64,000 bases of DNA from a virus (taxonomy: Duplodnaviria > Heunggongvirae > Uroviricota > Caudoviricetes): the IMG/VR virus record IMGVR_UViG_2684622670_000009, positions 20,476-84,475 of that record; one strand, 5' to 3'. The position numbers and the translations under genes are program-made. The notes below the pieces were generated by a model, which had not been told where the DNA came from, did not search any database, and worked only from the letters and a program-made list of their open reading frames with translations. Shown in pieces: positions 1 to 11,482 of the stretch (the first letter of the stretch is position 1; each line of letters starts with the position of its first letter).

Positions 1-1285
1 TCTTTGATGCTTCCTCTATAGTCGCAGCCCCCTTATCAAGCCGCATACGCCCTGATTTTACAGCTTCTGCCGCCTGAATATTCGCGAAAGCGCGCATATC
101 GAAATAAAGGCTTTTATCTTCGCGGCTGTGCATCTTTTTACCCCAGCGGATACGCTGGACGGTAATACCATAGCGTTCGTACATCAGATCAGCCGTCGAT
201 TTCCCCAAGCCATCGCCATCAATAGCTATGGTTATGTTCGGGAACCGTTCTGGGTTACATTCTGCGAAAATCTTGGCGGCTAACTGCGTTTCTGTAACGT
301 CTGTGTATTCCAGCATACGATAGTTGATTACACGGCGTTTATTTCGCTGGCCGGACACCATCATGATATTAATAACGGACTTATCTCGTCCTGTACCACC
401 AGCAACGTCAACACATGCAACCCAGCCCCATCCTTTGGCAATCTTGACCTTTCGCCGCGTCGCCCGCTCAACCTCATCACGACCAAGAAGAAAACCATCT
501 TGAGATTTGGGAAATTCCCCACGTACTTTGATCATGTACATGGGGTTATCACGACCGCCATACTCCGCAAGTTTTGCTCGTATAAATTTTGCATCTACAA
601 GCGGAGATTCTTCACTATTCAGTACTATCGCAGTAAACAATCCATCAGGATTTCCCGGGCGAATAGCTAGTCTGTGGTGTGAATCGTAGAAATAGCCTGA
701 AGGTCGCGTAGGCTGGGAAAGAAGCAGAATACGGTTATCCTTACCGGTCAGCGCACCTGTTATCACACTGAATGCTTTATCACTCACACCCGACGCTTCG
801 TCGATGATATACAAGAGATGATCGGCGTGTTCACCAGCCAACGCCTCCTCATTTCCGGGGCGACAGGACTTTATCAATATTGTCCAAACACCCTTGCCAG
901 TCACCTCAAAAAAAGACGTTTCTGTAAGAATGAAATACTTCGACAACCACGGGAATCTGCTAACAGCAGTAGCCCAATTGTTCTTTATGTATTTGAAAAT
1001 ACCATCAAGGACTTGCTGTCTTTTGTTAGCGACCAGAATGACGCGAGCGCCGGGGAAAAACATGATGAAGAGTATTGCAATGATACTCGTCATATCCGAT
1101 TTACCAGTACCATGGCCGGAGGTCACACTTGTCCAACTGCCGTCCTGCTGCGTGGACTCAATGATCTCATCCTGCTGCCAGGTTGGTGTCTTCCCAAACA
1201 ACACATCAGCGGCCGCAATCCAGTCATAACGATATAGCGCCACCAGCTCGCGCCAACGTGGGTCCGTTACGCAACTTCTGGCCAT
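1..1285 (-). CDS. pacB: Terminase large subunit PacB, N-terminal ~428 codons (gene leaves the window)
   Basis: Absent from the ORF track because it has no stop in the window. ATG at 1285 overlaps the pacA stop. Translation [22 protein letters not shown]...[19 protein letters not shown] (Walker A-like) matches my memory of P1 PacB. Confidence 0.9.
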   Translation of the reverse strand, partial: MARSCVTDPRWRELVALYRYDWIAAADVLFGKTPTWQQDEIIESTQQDGSWTSVTSGHGTGKSDMTSIIAILFIMFFPGARVILVANKRQQVLDGIFKYIKNNWATAVSRFPWLSKYFILTETSFFEVTGKGVWTILIKSCRPGNEEALAGEHADHLLYIIDEASGVSDKAFSVITGALTGKDNRILLLSQPTRPSGYFYDSHHRLAIRPGNPDGLFTAIVLNSEESPLVDAKFIRAKLAEYGGRDNPMYMIKVRGEFPKSQDGFLLGRDEVERATRRKVKIAKGWGWVACVDVAGGTGRDKSVINIMMVSGQRNKRRVINYRMLEYTDVTETQLAAKIFAECNPERFPNITIAIDGDGLGKSTADLMYERYGITVQRIRWGKKMHSREDKSLYFDMRAFANIQAAEAVKSGRMRLDKGAATIEEASK

Positions 1286-2478
1286 TAATCATCATCCCCG
1301 TACAGTTTGCGGGTAACTTCTTCGTCTTCCTCCTCGTCTTCGTCCAGATCCTGTTCAAGCCATGCTTCGTTTGATATGCCTTCCGCATCGACATCACCAT
1401 AACCACCTGTATCGACGATATCGGCAATTTCTTCTCTACGATGCTCAATCCACAATGCGGCATCAGCGCGGCGACTGGCGGCCCGTTCTCGCGCGATTTT
1501 ATCCAGATCTTCAAGTGATGGAGCGCCAGATGCTGTTTGGTTTTCCTCATCATCGGTATTGGTCTTAGGAGCACGCAGATCGGCTTTGATTTGCTCCAGC
1601 ATCAGGGGCGGCACTTTTCCTCCATGCGCCTCGATGAATTCAGCCGCTTCCAGCACTGACCAGTTATTTTCACGCTTTCGTTCGTATGCCAGCTTAACAA
1701 TGCCAGCTTGCCCCATAGATAAAGCGTGCTTTTCCGCCTCCCGGCTTTCTTTTCGATAGTTATTCCGGATGCTGTAAATGGTGTTGATCAGGCTGCTTAT
1801 CTGCGCGGAACAGCTGTTTAGCATGCTCGCGATACGGTATTCAGGCGGAGTACCTTCATCATCGTCTTTTTGCTGATCGCGCATTTCCTGCACCAGGCGA
1901 ATACACGTATCCCTGGCGTTCTCCAGCATAAGGAGATGAGAAAGAGACTTTTCCAGAAGGGTGGTCTCCAGAACATCAGCCCCGGACCGACGCAACATAG
2001 CGCGCGCAGCCTTCCGCGCTTCAACGTTATCTATCAGGTAATCGCCAGCTTCGAATTCAAAGCGCTCACCATCATCATCCAGGGTGTCGCGTTCCAGGCG
2101 ATCACGTAAGGTCCGGTGGGCGCGGGTGATCACGTCATGATCATCTGAACGATCTTTTATGCGCTTATTTTGGCGCTTCGCGTTCTCGACTGCGGCACTG
2201 ACAACAGCATTAACCCTTTGTTTTCTCACCATTTCAGCAGCAATATGATCACCTGTACGTTGATCATTAGCGTGATCAATGATCATGTTTTTTAGTGGCT
2301 TCCTGACAGGCTTATTTGGCTTACGGCTGTCCGCTGTTCCGGTGTCTTCTTTGAATGCACGGAGATAACGACGTGCGGTGTTTGGGTTGAGATTAAACTC
2401 GGCGGCATATTGTGCGATGGTGTAACCACCATCTCGCGCCAGGCGAGCAAAATTCTTCTTGTGATCGTCCCAGGTCAC
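1285..2478 (-). CDS. pacA: Terminase small/pac-recognition subunit PacA
   Basis: 397-aa ORF starting [42 protein letters not shown] (HTH). It contains the pac hexamer clusters and has an acidic C-terminus. Same length as P1 PacA. Confidence 0.95.
   Translation of the reverse strand: MTWDDHKKNFARLARDGGYTIAQYAAEFNLNPNTARRYLRAFKEDTGTADSRKPNKPVRKPLKNMIIDHANDQRTGDHIAAEMVRKQRVNAVVSAAVENAKRQNKRIKDRSDDHDVITRAHRTLRDRLERDTLDDDGERFEFEAGDYLIDNVEARKAARAMLRRSGADVLETTLLEKSLSHLLMLENARDTCIRLVQEMRDQQKDDDEGTPPEYRIASMLNSCSAQISSLINTIYSIRNNYRKESREAEKHALSMGQAGIVKLAYERKRENNWSVLEAAEFIEAHGGKVPPLMLEQIKADLRAPKTNTDDEENQTASGAPSLEDLDKIARERAASRRADAALWIEHRREEIADIVDTGGYGDVDAEGISNEAWLEQDLDEDEEEDEEVTRKLYGDDD
2099..2285. promoter_or_regulatory. 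pac: pac packaging site (Dam-sensitive TGATCA/G hexamer clusters inside pacA)
   Basis: One side has TGATCA at 2127 and 2138 plus CGATCA (TGATCG on the other strand) at 2099. The other side has four TGATCA at 2246, 2261, 2273 and 2280. This fits the known 3+4 hexamer layout of P1 pac. Confidence 0.7.
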
Positions 2479-2513
2479 TTATGCTTCCTTTCGTAAAAAC
2501 TCTTTTTGACGCG

Positions 2514-2537
2514 AGGGTAACGAAAGTCACATGTCAA
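2514..2537 (-). promoter_or_regulatory. Possible Lpa-dependent late promoter upstream of pacA
   Basis: Minus strand reads TTGACATGTGACTTTCGTTACCCT. It resembles the motif seen at 17266, 38847, 53799 and 62070, but the -10 (TACCCT) is weak. Confidence 0.3.
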
Positions 2538-2563
2538 AAGGCCCGGAACGGGCAAGCAATCAA

Positions 2564-3016
2564 TCAGATACGTGCGGATGTGGCATTACCGTAATGACGG
2601 TGCTGACGGGCCACCTTATTGAAAAGTTGACGCGCCATTACCCAAGGCTGGTGCTCCCGGCGTTCCTTTTCGTCCTGCGTCATATAGAGTTCGTTCTGGA
2701 GTTTTTCATCAAACCGGCGCGGAGCGCGGCTACGGCGAAAGAATTCAGGATTCAGAGAGTGGATCTGAAATCTACGTGGGCGTGTACTGTCATCAATCAA
2801 AACAGACGAATACTTAGACACAGCGATAGCCTTTAAGCGCAGATAAACATCGCGCTTATCGACATCCAGATGCGGGTATTCCTTTTCAAGAATTGCTGCG
2901 AGTTCTTTCGCTGATAGAAGAGATTTAGTGCGGATCATGTAATCCGCAATCTCGTACGATGTTATTCGTGAGTGATTTATTTCCATGAAGTGGCGTCCCT
3001 GCCAGTTAAGTAACAT
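2564..3016 (-). CDS. lpa: Late promoter activator Lpa (gp10)
   Basis: 150-aa ORF between pdcB and pacA, as in P1. A C1 operator lies just upstream. Confidence 0.8.
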   Translation of the reverse strand: MLLNWQGRHFMEINHSRITSYEIADYMIRTKSLLSAKELAAILEKEYPHLDVDKRDVYLRLKAIAVSKYSSVLIDDSTRPRRFQIHSLNPEFFRRSRAPRRFDEKLQNELYMTQDEKERREHQPWVMARQLFNKVARQHRHYGNATSARI

Positions 3017-3086
3017 CCTGTCACCTACTGATTAGCCCATGTCAACTAATCAACGTGGAATATAATACCCTCGATTAAAGAAATAG

Positions 3087-3103
3087 CAATACATTAGAGC
3101 AAT
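3087..3103 (-). promoter_or_regulatory. C1 repressor operator upstream of lpa
   Basis: Minus strand ATTGCTCTAATGTATTG. The first 11 nt are identical to the C1 operator consensus ATTGCTCTAATAAATTT. Confidence 0.6.
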
Positions 3104-3104
3104 T

Positions 3105-4148
3105 TTATCTAACGCTCGACGAGTGACTTGTGATAGCGCCGACTCCAAGCGCGTAATCAAAGAACAATCGTTGATGCATCGCCAGCCTACCGTGCGTCTT
3201 CTCCCAATTATCGCGGTCACGCTCAATATCACGCTGGCATGACTGGCACAGAGGAATTGCGTAAATGTCATGCGCGCATAATCGACTATGACGAACGATA
3301 TAAGGCGTAATGTGAGCGCCAGCTCCCGCCGCTCCACACCCACAGCATGGACGGGAAGCAACAAAGTCCATGTACTCAGGTAATTTTAGCGATTGCAGTT
3401 TTGGTATTTTGAAATGCGCCATGCCAGGGTCGGAGTCAACATCCACAGGGCATACTTTTGCACGCATCAGCGCGGCGCGTTCTTCCATCATCTGAACATA
3501 TGCTGTAGCGCGATCGTCATACGGGCGAATATCCGCCTCTTTCAGAGGTCCGCTATCCTGCGTTGCGGCTTTCATCTTATTTATTGATATACGGCAAACT
3601 TCTTCCGGCATCAGGTGCATCATGTTGCGCATGAAAGCCCACCAGCACAGTTCCTGAATACTTAAATCATGGCCATCTGAAAGCCCCATTTCCTGACGGG
3701 CGACATCCAGTATCCAGTTAACGCGATTATTATGCAGCGTTTCTTTCAGCTCATTAAAACCACGCATCCGGTAATGGTTATCGTGATGCCAGCACAACAA
3801 CACCGCGCTATTGTCTCGTTCTGCGTGGACAATATGGTTGTCACACCAGCTACGATCTGCGGCCTGGCATTGCCCCTCTTTCCTGCGCAACCACGCCAAC
3901 AGCGAGTCAATTCCACCAATACGGCGAAACAGTTCATCGCTGTTAAAAAACGGCTGCAACGCCTCATTTGTTGCCATGGTTTGCTCGGTAACAACGAGGC
4001 CGTCTTCCATGTGCTCGATTAACTCACGCGGCACCGGCTCCATAATAAATTTACGGCCAGCCTCCACCAGCTTTCTGACCTCCTGATCCACTTTGAACGT
4101 GGCGAGGCCAAGCTCTTTCTGTACAAAGGGAGTAATTACGGCTTTCAC
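3105..4148 (-). CDS. pdcB: Cys/His-rich protein at the P1 pdcB (post-doc) position
   Basis: 347-aa ORF with CCGCG and CQSC clusters. Assigned by synteny doc-pdcA-pdcB-lpa. Confidence 0.6.
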   Translation of the reverse strand: MKAVITPFVQKELGLATFKVDQEVRKLVEAGRKFIMEPVPRELIEHMEDGLVVTEQTMATNEALQPFFNSDELFRRIGGIDSLLAWLRRKEGQCQAADRSWCDNHIVHAERDNSAVLLCWHHDNHYRMRGFNELKETLHNNRVNWILDVARQEMGLSDGHDLSIQELCWWAFMRNMMHLMPEEVCRISINKMKAATQDSGPLKEADIRPYDDRATAYVQMMEERAALMRAKVCPVDVDSDPGMAHFKIPKLQSLKLPEYMDFVASRPCCGCGAAGAGAHITPYIVRHSRLCAHDIYAIPLCQSCQRDIERDRDNWEKTHGRLAMHQRLFFDYALGVGAITSHSSSVR

Positions 4149-4175
4149 ATCACACCTTTCATCACTGATTGGGCT

Positions 4176-4376
4176 TTATCTGCTGCCCGGCATTCTCTGT
4201 TTAAGCACAACCATTTCCTGACGGCATAACACAGCAATAGCTGTCCTGGCACCAATTTGCTTACCAACCAGGTATTGCTTTACCTCGCGGCGACTCACGC
4301 CATCAAGAAGCATCTTTAACGCTTCACGGGACAATTTGTTGTATTTACGTGCCATTAATCTACTCCGCGGAACCAT
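4176..4376 (-). CDS. pdcA: Small basic protein at the P1 pdcA position
   Basis: 66-aa ORF whose start overlaps the doc 3' end by 17 nt. Assigned by synteny only. Confidence 0.5.
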   Translation of the reverse strand: MVPRSRLMARKYNKLSREALKMLLDGVSRREVKQYLVGKQIGARTAIAVLCRQEMVVLKQRMPGSR

Positions 4377-4740
4377 ACAATCTACGTAACGTGTCGGCGA
4401 CAGAAGATACAGATATCTCTCCGGTCGCAGCCCCTACGGTAAGGTCTGCCAGTTCAGGTGAATCAAATACCTGCACCCCGTTACGGCGTAGAAATAGCAG
4501 CGCACTGTTTAGCGCGGTACGCTTATTGGCATCATTGAATATATGCCCTCTCGCTGTAGCCACCAGGTAGGTGGCGGAGACTTCGAAAAGGTCGGTGATC
4601 TCTTCGTAGGCAACTCTGGCCTGAACTCTCCCGATAATGGCCTCTGCCCTACCCGGATCTGACATTCCCGGCAGGCCGCCGTAGCGGTTTATATTCGCAT
4701 CATGAAGCGCAATAAGTTCTTCCGGTGATATATGCCTCAT
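4360..4740 (-). CDS. doc: Doc toxin (Fic-fold kinase) of the phd-doc addiction module
   Basis: 126 aa, [22 protein letters not shown]...[19 protein letters not shown] (Fic-type motif). Start overlaps the phd stop. Confidence 0.95.
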   Translation of the reverse strand: MRHISPEELIALHDANINRYGGLPGMSDPGRAEAIIGRVQARVAYEEITDLFEVSATYLVATARGHIFNDANKRTALNSALLFLRRNGVQVFDSPELADLTVGAATGEISVSSVADTLRRLYGSAE

Positions 4741-4961
4741 TATCGGTTAACCAGTTCCTTGTTGGTGGAGTCCAAGGTGTCAAACAGGGATGCAAATTCA
4801 GCATCCAGCGCCGCTTTTTTGTAGGCTTCGAAAGTAGCCTTGCTGACAATTACTGCTGGCTCACGGCCTCTGCGGGTGATTTCAACCTCTTCCCCGGCCT
4901 CAACATTGTTGAGCACTTCAGAAAGGTTGCCGCGCGCGGTACGGAAGTTAATGGATTGCAT
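4740..4961 (-). CDS. phd: Phd antitoxin
   Basis: 73 aa, [49 protein letters not shown]; matches P1 Phd. Confidence 0.95.
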   Translation of the reverse strand: MQSINFRTARGNLSEVLNNVEAGEEVEITRRGREPAVIVSKATFEAYKKAALDAEFASLFDTLDSTNKELVNR

Positions 4962-4967
4962 AAATAC

Positions 4968-4995
4968 CTCGTGTACTCGTTATGTGTACACAATT
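4968..4995. promoter_or_regulatory. Probable phd-doc operator palindromes
   Basis: GTGTAC at 4971 and the palindrome TGTGTACACA at 4984-4993 lie immediately upstream of phd. Confidence 0.35.
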
Positions 4996-5137
4996 ATAAA
5001 CTTCACAGGCATAAAGCACCAGCACTTTGCGGCTTAACAAACCTCTAGGCAGGTCATTCGTAGCCTAATGTCCGAACTGCTAAAGCATCCAAGTTGCTGT
5101 AGAATCACCGCCAATTACATAAGCCTGAAATAAGTGG

Positions 5138-6700
5138 ATGAAAATGACAAGTATTCAACAACGTGCAGAGCTTCATCGTCAAATCTGGCAAATTGCTAAC
5201 GATGTCAGGGGTTCGGTCGATGGATGGGATTTTAAGCAATACGTTCTGGGCGCACTTTTCTACCGTTTTATCAGCGAAAATTTTTCCAGCTATATTGAAG
5301 CCGGGGATGACAGTATCTGTTATGCGAAACTGGATGACAGCGTAATTACTGATGACATTAAAGACGATGCTATCAAAACTAAAGGCTACTTCATCTACCC
5401 CAGTCAGCTTTTCTGCAACGTAGCGGCGAAAGCAAATACCAATGACAGACTGAATGCAGATTTAAACAGCATCTTCGTTGCTATCGAAAGTTCTGCTTAC
5501 GGTTATCCTTCAGAAGCTGACATCAAAGGTTTGTTTGCTGATTTCGATACCACCAGTAACCGCCTGGGTAACACCGTTAAAGATAAAAATGCCCGCCTGG
5601 CTGCGGTTCTGAAAGGGGTTGAAGGGTTAAAACTTGGTGACTTCAACGAACATCAGATTGACCTGTTCGGTGATGCCTATGAGTTCCTGATCTCTAACTA
5701 TGCGGCAAATGCCGGTAAGTCAGGCGGCGAGTTCTTTACACCGCAGCACGTCTCTAAGCTGATTGCACAACTGGCTATGCACGGGCAGACCCACGTTAAC
5801 AAAATCTACGACCCGGCAGCAGGCTCCGGTTCGCTGTTGTTGCAGGCTAAAAAACAGTTTGATGACCATATCATCGAAGAAGGTTTTTTTGGTCAGGAAA
5901 TCAACCATACGACCTATAACCTGGCGCGTATGAACATGTTTTTGCACAACATCAACTACGACAAGTTTGATATCAAGCTGGGCAATACGCTGACTGAACC
6001 GCACTTCAGAGATGAAAAACCGTTTGATGCCATCGTTTCTAACCCGCCGTATTCGGTGAAATGGATTGGCAGCGATGACCCGACGCTGATTAACGATGAA
6101 CGTTTTGCCCCGGCTGGCGTTCTGGCCCCCAAATCCAAAGCTGACTTTGCGTTTGTATTACATGCGCTGAACTATCTTTCTGCCAAAGGTCGTGCTGCGA
6201 TTGTTTGCTTCCCGGGTATTTTTTACCGTGGCGGTGCGGAGCAGAAAATCCGTCAGTATCTGGTCGACAATAACTATGTCGAAACCGTGATTTCACTGGC
6301 ACCGAATCTGTTCTTTGGCACCACCATTGCCGTCAATATTCTGGTGTTGTCTAAACATAAAACGGATACCAACGTTCAGTTTATTGACGCCAGCGAACTG
6401 TTCAAAAAAGAGACTAACAACAACATTCTGACCGATGCTCATATCGAACAGATTATGCAGGTATTTGCCAGCAAGGAAGATGTTGCTCATCTGGCGAAAT
6501 CTGTCGCGTTTGAGACCGTTGTCGCTAATGACTATAACCTGTCGGTGAGCAGCTATGTGGAAGCGAAAGATAACCGCGAAATTATCGATATTGCTGAGTT
6601 GAACGCAGAGCTGAAAACCACGGTCAGCAAAATCGACCAGTTGCGTAAAGATATTGATGCGATTGTGGCTGAAATTGAAGGCTACGAGGTGCAGAAATGA
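5138..6700 (+). CDS. hsdM: Type IC restriction-modification methyltransferase subunit HsdM (EcoR124-like)
   Basis: 520 aa with the N6-adenine MTase motifs DPAAGSGS and NPPY. Near-identical to my memory of EcoR124I HsdM ([35 protein letters not shown]...). Confidence 0.95.
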   Translation: MKMTSIQQRAELHRQIWQIANDVRGSVDGWDFKQYVLGALFYRFISENFSSYIEAGDDSICYAKLDDSVITDDIKDDAIKTKGYFIYPSQLFCNVAAKANTNDRLNADLNSIFVAIESSAYGYPSEADIKGLFADFDTTSNRLGNTVKDKNARLAAVLKGVEGLKLGDFNEHQIDLFGDAYEFLISNYAANAGKSGGEFFTPQHVSKLIAQLAMHGQTHVNKIYDPAAGSGSLLLQAKKQFDDHIIEEGFFGQEINHTTYNLARMNMFLHNINYDKFDIKLGNTLTEPHFRDEKPFDAIVSNPPYSVKWIGSDDPTLINDERFAPAGVLAPKSKADFAFVLHALNYLSAKGRAAIVCFPGIFYRGGAEQKIRQYLVDNNYVETVISLAPNLFFGTTIAVNILVLSKHKTDTNVQFIDASELFKKETNNNILTDAHIEQIMQVFASKEDVAHLAKSVAFETVVANDYNLSVSSYVEAKDNREIIDIAELNAELKTTVSKIDQLRKDIDAIVAEIEGYEVQK

Positions 6701-7977
6701 GCGAGATGAGTTATCTGGAAAAATTGCTGGATGGGGTTGAGGTTGAATGGAAAACACTAGGGAAAGTGCTTAAACGAACTAAAGGCACAAAAATAACCGC
6801 TGGGCAGATGAAAGCTCTTCACAAAGATAATGCGCCGCTTAAAATTTTTGCAGGAGGAAAAACAGTAGCCTTTGTTGACTTTAAAGATATACCAGAGAAC
6901 GATATTAATAGAGAGCCATCGATTATTGTTAAATCCAGAGGTATTATCGAATTCGAGTATTACGATAAACCATTCTCTCACAAAAATGAGATGTGGTCAT
7001 ATCACTCAAATAATGATGCGATAAGCATAAAGTATATTTATTACTTCCTAAAAATAAATGAAGGATATTTCCAGAAAATTGGGGGTAAAATGCAAATGCC
7101 ACAAATTGCAACTCCTGATACAGATAAGTTTGAAGTTCCAATCCCTTGCCCGGACAATCCGGAAAAATCCCTTGCCATCCAGTCCGAAATTGTTCGGATT
7201 CTGGATAAATTTACTGAGCTTACAGCAGAGCTTACAGCAGAGCTTACAGCAGAGCTTAGCATGCGTAAAAAACAATACAACTACTATCGCGACCAGTTGT
7301 TAAGTTTTGATGAGGAGCAGGAAAAACCTATTTATCTGGAAAAATTGCTGGATGGGGTTGAGGTTGAGTGGAGAACTTTAGGAGAAATAGCAGTAATTTA
7401 TGATGGAACTCACAAGACTCCCAAATATACGGCTTCCGGAGTTCCTTTCGTTAGCGTGCAGAATATCAAAAATCTATACGGGACAAATAAATATATTTCA
7501 CCTGAGGATTTCAAAACATACAAGAACAAACCGCGCAAGCATGATTTGTTTATGACGAGGATTGGCGATGTCGGTACTTGTGCTATTGTGGAGGATGATA
7601 GACCATTAGCATACTACGTAACACTTGCATTAATACGAATAAATCAACAAATTGCTGTACCAGGATTCATTCGTTATTTAATCGAAAGCAGATTTGGTAA
7701 GGCCGAATTGTATAAAAGAACGCTTATACACGCAGTACCAATGAAGATTAATTTAGGCGAAATTGGTAAAGTTGCTGTACCAATCCCCTGCCCGGATAAT
7801 CCAGAAAAATCCCTTGCCATCCAGTCTGAAATCGTTCGGATTCTGGATAAATTCGACACACTGACCAACTCCATCACTGAAGGTCTCCCGCGTGAAATCG
7901 AGTTGCGCCAGAAACAATACGAATACTACCGTGATTTACTGTTCAGTTTCCCGAAACCTGAAACTGTCAGTAATTAA
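6697..7977 (+). CDS. hsdS: Type IC specificity subunit HsdS with non-EcoR124 target recognition domains
   Basis: 426 aa; ATGA overlap with hsdM. The conserved type IC ends ([18 protein letters not shown] ... [38 protein letters not shown]) flank two divergent TRDs and a central TAEL repeat. Confidence 0.95.
   Translation: MSEMSYLEKLLDGVEVEWKTLGKVLKRTKGTKITAGQMKALHKDNAPLKIFAGGKTVAFVDFKDIPENDINREPSIIVKSRGIIEFEYYDKPFSHKNEMWSYHSNNDAISIKYIYYFLKINEGYFQKIGGKMQMPQIATPDTDKFEVPIPCPDNPEKSLAIQSEIVRILDKFTELTAELTAELTAELSMRKKQYNYYRDQLLSFDEEQEKPIYLEKLLDGVEVEWRTLGEIAVIYDGTHKTPKYTASGVPFVSVQNIKNLYGTNKYISPEDFKTYKNKPRKHDLFMTRIGDVGTCAIVEDDRPLAYYVTLALIRINQQIAVPGFIRYLIESRFGKAELYKRTLIHAVPMKINLGEIGKVAVPIPCPDNPEKSLAIQSEIVRILDKFDTLTNSITEGLPREIELRQKQYEYYRDLLFSFPKPETVSN
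7222..7257 (+). repeat. 3 x 12-bp tandem repeat ACAGCAGAGCTT (TAEL x3) in the hsdS central spacer
   Basis: Three perfect copies, preceded by the related ACTGAGCTT (TEL). In EcoR124I versus EcoR124/3 the TAEL copy number (2 versus 3) sets the N6 versus N7 gap of the recognition site. Confidence 0.9.
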
Positions 7978-8098
7978 TTGACCATTGCTACCGATCGGGC
8001 CACCTTAACACCCGGTCAGTATATAGACTATTTTTTACGCGCCGGAAGTCACTCTTAACGCCCTTCCGGCTCTTGCCAGGCGGCACAAAGGATGCGCT

Positions 8099-11000
8099 AT
8101 GACTCATCAAACACACACCATTGCTGAATCCAATAACTTTATCGTCCTTGATAAGTACATCAAAGCTGAGCAAACAAGCGACAGCTACCAGAGCGAATCG
8201 GACCTGGAACGTGAACTGATTCAGGACCTGCGGAATCAGGGTTATGAATTTATTTCCGTAAAATCACAGTCGGCAATGCTGTCCAATGTTCGGGAACAGC
8301 TTCAGAGCCTCAATGGTGTGATGTTTAATGACAGCGAGTGGCGGCGCTTCACGGAGCAGTATCTGGACAACCCGAGTGATGGTATTCTGGATAAAACCCG
8401 TAAAATCCATATCGACTATATTTGCGACTTTATTTTTGATGACGAGCGACTTGAGAACATCTATTTGATAGATAAAAAGAATCTCATGCGCAATAAGGTG
8501 CAGATTATCCAGCAGTTTGAACAGACGGGTTCTCACGCTAACCGTTATGACGTCACGATCCTGGTTAATGGCTTACCACTGGTGCAAATCGAACTGAAAA
8601 AACGCGGCGTGGCGATTCGTGAGGCTTTCAACCAGATACATCGTTACAGTAAAGAGAGTTTTAACAGCGAAAATTCCCTGTTTAAGTATCTGCAGCTGTT
8701 CGTCATTTCCAACGGCACTGATACCCGTTATTTTGCCAACACAACAAAGCGCGATAAAAACAGTTTTGACTTCACCATGAACTGGGCTAAATCAGACAAT
8801 ACACTGATTAAAGACCTCAAAGACTTTACCGCTACCTTTTTCCAGAAACATACTCTGCTTAATGTTCTGGTGAACTACAGCGTTTTTGACAGCAGTCAGA
8901 CGCTACTGGTAATGCGACCGTACCAGATTGCTGCCACCGAGCGCATTCTGTGGAAAATTAAGAGCTCCTTTACAGCGAAGAACTGGTCAAAACCGGAAAG
9001 CGGTGGGTATATCTGGCACACCACGGGTTCCGGTAAAACCCTGACCAGCTTTAAAGCCGCGCGTCTGGCAACAGAACTGGACTTTATTGATAAAGTTTTC
9101 TTTGTGGTCGACAGGAAAGACCTCGATTACCAGACCATGAAGGAATATCAGCGTTTTTCGCCAGACAGCGTCAACGGCTCGGAAAATACCGCAGGCCTTA
9201 AACGAAATCTGGATAAGGACGATAACAAAATTATCGTCACTACTATTCAGAAACTCAATAACCTGATGAAAGCAGAAAGCGACCTGCCTGTATATAATCA
9301 GCAAGTGGTGTTTATATTTGATGAATGCCACCGCAGCCAGTTTGGAGAAGCTCAGAAAAACCTGAAGAAGAAATTCAAACGCTATTATCAGTTTGGTTTT
9401 ACCGGCACCCCTATTTTCCCGGAAAACGCCTTAGGCTCAGAAACAACCGCCAGCGTATTTGGTCGTGAATTGCATTCGTATGTAATTACCGATGCGATTC
9501 GTGACGAAAAAGTGCTCAAATTCAAGGTGGACTACAACGATGTGCGGCCACAGTTTAAGTCTTTAGAGACAGAAACTGACGAGAAAAAACTGAGTGCGGC
9601 TGAAAATCAGCAGGCGTTTCTTCATCCCATGCGTATTCAGGAAATCACGCAATATATTCTGAATAATTTCCGCCAGAAAACCCATCGTACCTTCCCTGGC
9701 TCAAAAGGTTTTAATGCTATGTTGGCAGTGAGCAGCGTGGATGCCGCGAAAGCCTATTATGCGACGTTTAAACGGTTACAAGAAGAAGCCGCTAATAAAT
9801 CGGCTACCTATAAACCGCTGCGTATTGCGACAATCTTCTCCTTTGCCGCCAATGAAGAACAAAATGCCATTGGTGAAATTTCCGATGAAACTTTTGATAC
9901 CAGCGCAATGGACAGCAGTGCTAAAGAGTTTCTGGACGCTGCAATTCGTGAATATAACAGCCATTTTAAAACTAACTTTAGCACCGACAGTAACGGTTTT
10001 CAGAACTACTATCGTGATTTAGCCCAGCGGGTTAAAAATCAGGATATCGATCTGCTAATTGTCGTGGGGATGTTTTTAACCGGCTTCGATGCTCCAACAT
10101 TGAACACGCTATTCGTCGATAAAAACTTGCGTTTTCACGGCCTGATGCAGGCATTTTCCCGCACCAACCGTATTTATGATGCAACTAAAACCTTCGGTAA
10201 TATCGTCACTTTTCGGGATCTGGAACGCTCAACTATTGATGCCATAACGCTGTTTGGTGACAAAAACACCAAAAATGTGGTGTTAGAAAAGAGTTATACA
10301 GAGTATATGGAAGGCTTTACTGATGCTGCTACTGGTGAAGCTAAACGCGGCTTCATGACAGTAGTTTCAGAACTGGAACAACGGTTCCCTGACCCTACCA
10401 GTATTGAAAGTGAAAAAGAGAAGAAAGACTTCGTTAAACTGTTTGGCGAATACCTGCGTGCCGAGAACATCCTGCAAAACTATGATGAATTTGCCACGCT
10501 AAAAGCCCTGCAACAAATCGATCTTAGCGATCCTGTTGCGGTAGAAAAATTCAAAGCAGAACATTATGTGGATGATGAAAAGTTCGCTGAATTGCAAACA
10601 ATTCGTCTCCCTGCTGATCGCAAGATTCAGGATTATCGTTCTGCCTATAACGATATTCGCGACTGGCAGCGCCGTGAGAAAGAAGCTGAGAAAAAAGAGA
10701 AATCAACCACTGACTGGGATGACGTAGTTTTTGAGGTCGATTTGCTGAAGTCTCAGGAAATAAACCTGGATTATATCCTTGGACTGATTTTCGAACACAA
10801 CAGACAAAATAAAGGCAAGGGCGAAATGATCGAAGAGGTCAAACGCTTAATTCGTTCAAGCCTAGGGAACCGTGCTAAAGAGGGCCTGGTGGTCGATTTT
10901 ATTCAGCAAACGAACCTGGATGATTTACCGGACAAAGCCAGCATCATTGACGCATTCTTTACGTTTGCTCAACGCGAACAGCAACGTGAAGCAGAAGCAT

Positions 11001-11215
11001 TGATAAAAGAAGAAAATCTCAATGAAGAGGCAGCAAAACGCTATATTCGCACGTCTTTAAAACGCGAATATGCCACCGAAAATGGCACAGAATTAAACGA
11101 AACATTACCAAAACTTAGTCCGTTAAATCCGCAATATAAAACGAAAAAACAGGCAGTTTTCCAGAAAATCGTCTCGTTTATTGAGAAGTTTAAAGGCGTA
11201 GGCGGAAAAATATAG
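8099..11215 (+). CDS. hsdR: Type IC restriction endonuclease/translocase subunit HsdR
   Basis: 1038 aa. Contains a PD-(D/E)xK region, helicase motifs ([15 protein letters not shown]) and the EcoR124-like length. Confidence 0.95.
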   Translation: MTHQTHTIAESNNFIVLDKYIKAEQTSDSYQSESDLERELIQDLRNQGYEFISVKSQSAMLSNVREQLQSLNGVMFNDSEWRRFTEQYLDNPSDGILDKTRKIHIDYICDFIFDDERLENIYLIDKKNLMRNKVQIIQQFEQTGSHANRYDVTILVNGLPLVQIELKKRGVAIREAFNQIHRYSKESFNSENSLFKYLQLFVISNGTDTRYFANTTKRDKNSFDFTMNWAKSDNTLIKDLKDFTATFFQKHTLLNVLVNYSVFDSSQTLLVMRPYQIAATERILWKIKSSFTAKNWSKPESGGYIWHTTGSGKTLTSFKAARLATELDFIDKVFFVVDRKDLDYQTMKEYQRFSPDSVNGSENTAGLKRNLDKDDNKIIVTTIQKLNNLMKAESDLPVYNQQVVFIFDECHRSQFGEAQKNLKKKFKRYYQFGFTGTPIFPENALGSETTASVFGRELHSYVITDAIRDEKVLKFKVDYNDVRPQFKSLETETDEKKLSAAENQQAFLHPMRIQEITQYILNNFRQKTHRTFPGSKGFNAMLAVSSVDAAKAYYATFKRLQEEAANKSATYKPLRIATIFSFAANEEQNAIGEISDETFDTSAMDSSAKEFLDAAIREYNSHFKTNFSTDSNGFQNYYRDLAQRVKNQDIDLLIVVGMFLTGFDAPTLNTLFVDKNLRFHGLMQAFSRTNRIYDATKTFGNIVTFRDLERSTIDAITLFGDKNTKNVVLEKSYTEYMEGFTDAATGEAKRGFMTVVSELEQRFPDPTSIESEKEKKDFVKLFGEYLRAENILQNYDEFATLKALQQIDLSDPVAVEKFKAEHYVDDEKFAELQTIRLPADRKIQDYRSAYNDIRDWQRREKEAEKKEKSTTDWDDVVFEVDLLKSQEINLDYILGLIFEHNRQNKGKGEMIEEVKRLIRSSLGNRAKEGLVVDFIQQTNLDDLPDKASIIDAFFTFAQREQQREAEALIKEENLNEEAAKRYIRTSLKREYATENGTELNETLPKLSPLNPQYKTKKQAVFQKIVSFIEKFKGVGGKI

Positions 11216-11294
11216 CCCAATTCGTGTTTTTCTTGCGGGTTCTTAATTAAACCCGCAAGAGACCGTGGGGTTCCAAATGGCTAATATACTCCCC

Positions 11295-11381
11295 TTACCC
11301 ATGCGCGACAATGCTGCCAAAAGTGATAGAAAACAGCCAGAAATAGATCGCGGCCATAATGATTTTGAATGCCGTGTTCAT
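11295..11381 (-). CDS. 28-codon hydrophobic ORF (hypothetical small membrane peptide)
   Basis: MNTAFKIIMAAIYFWLFSITFGSIVAHG. AGGAG lies 8 nt upstream of the ATG. Below the ORF-track size cut-off; no homolog recognised. Confidence 0.3.
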   Translation of the reverse strand: MNTAFKIIMAAIYFWLFSITFGSIVAHG

Positions 11382-11409
11382 ATCTTCAGCTCCTGTGATT
11401 GATTGGATA

Positions 11410-11443
11410 CATGCCGCGCCCCTTGCGGCATGTTTTTATTTTT
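11410..11443 (+). terminator. Rho-independent terminator (probably the real hsdR terminator)
   Basis: 8-bp stem CATGCCGC/GCGGCATG followed by TTTTTATTTTT. Confidence 0.7.
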
Positions 11444-11465
11444 ACCTTCTCTGCTTTAAATATCA

Positions 11466-11482
11466 AGATTTATTAGAGCAAT
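11466..11482 (-). promoter_or_regulatory. C1 operator at the pap 3' end
   Basis: Minus strand ATTGCTCTAATAAATCT (16/17 to consensus). Overlaps the pap stop codon. Confidence 0.65.

Noticed and set aside
6293-6757. 154-aa minus-strand ORF overlapping the hsdM/hsdS junction
   Set aside because: It is antisense to two genes with unambiguous identity, so it is a shadow ORF.
11233-11261. Hairpin CTTGCGGGTT-N9-AACCCGCAAG right after hsdR, considered as its terminator
   Set aside because: No U-tract follows on either strand. The canonical terminator at 11410-11443 is the more likely hsdR end.
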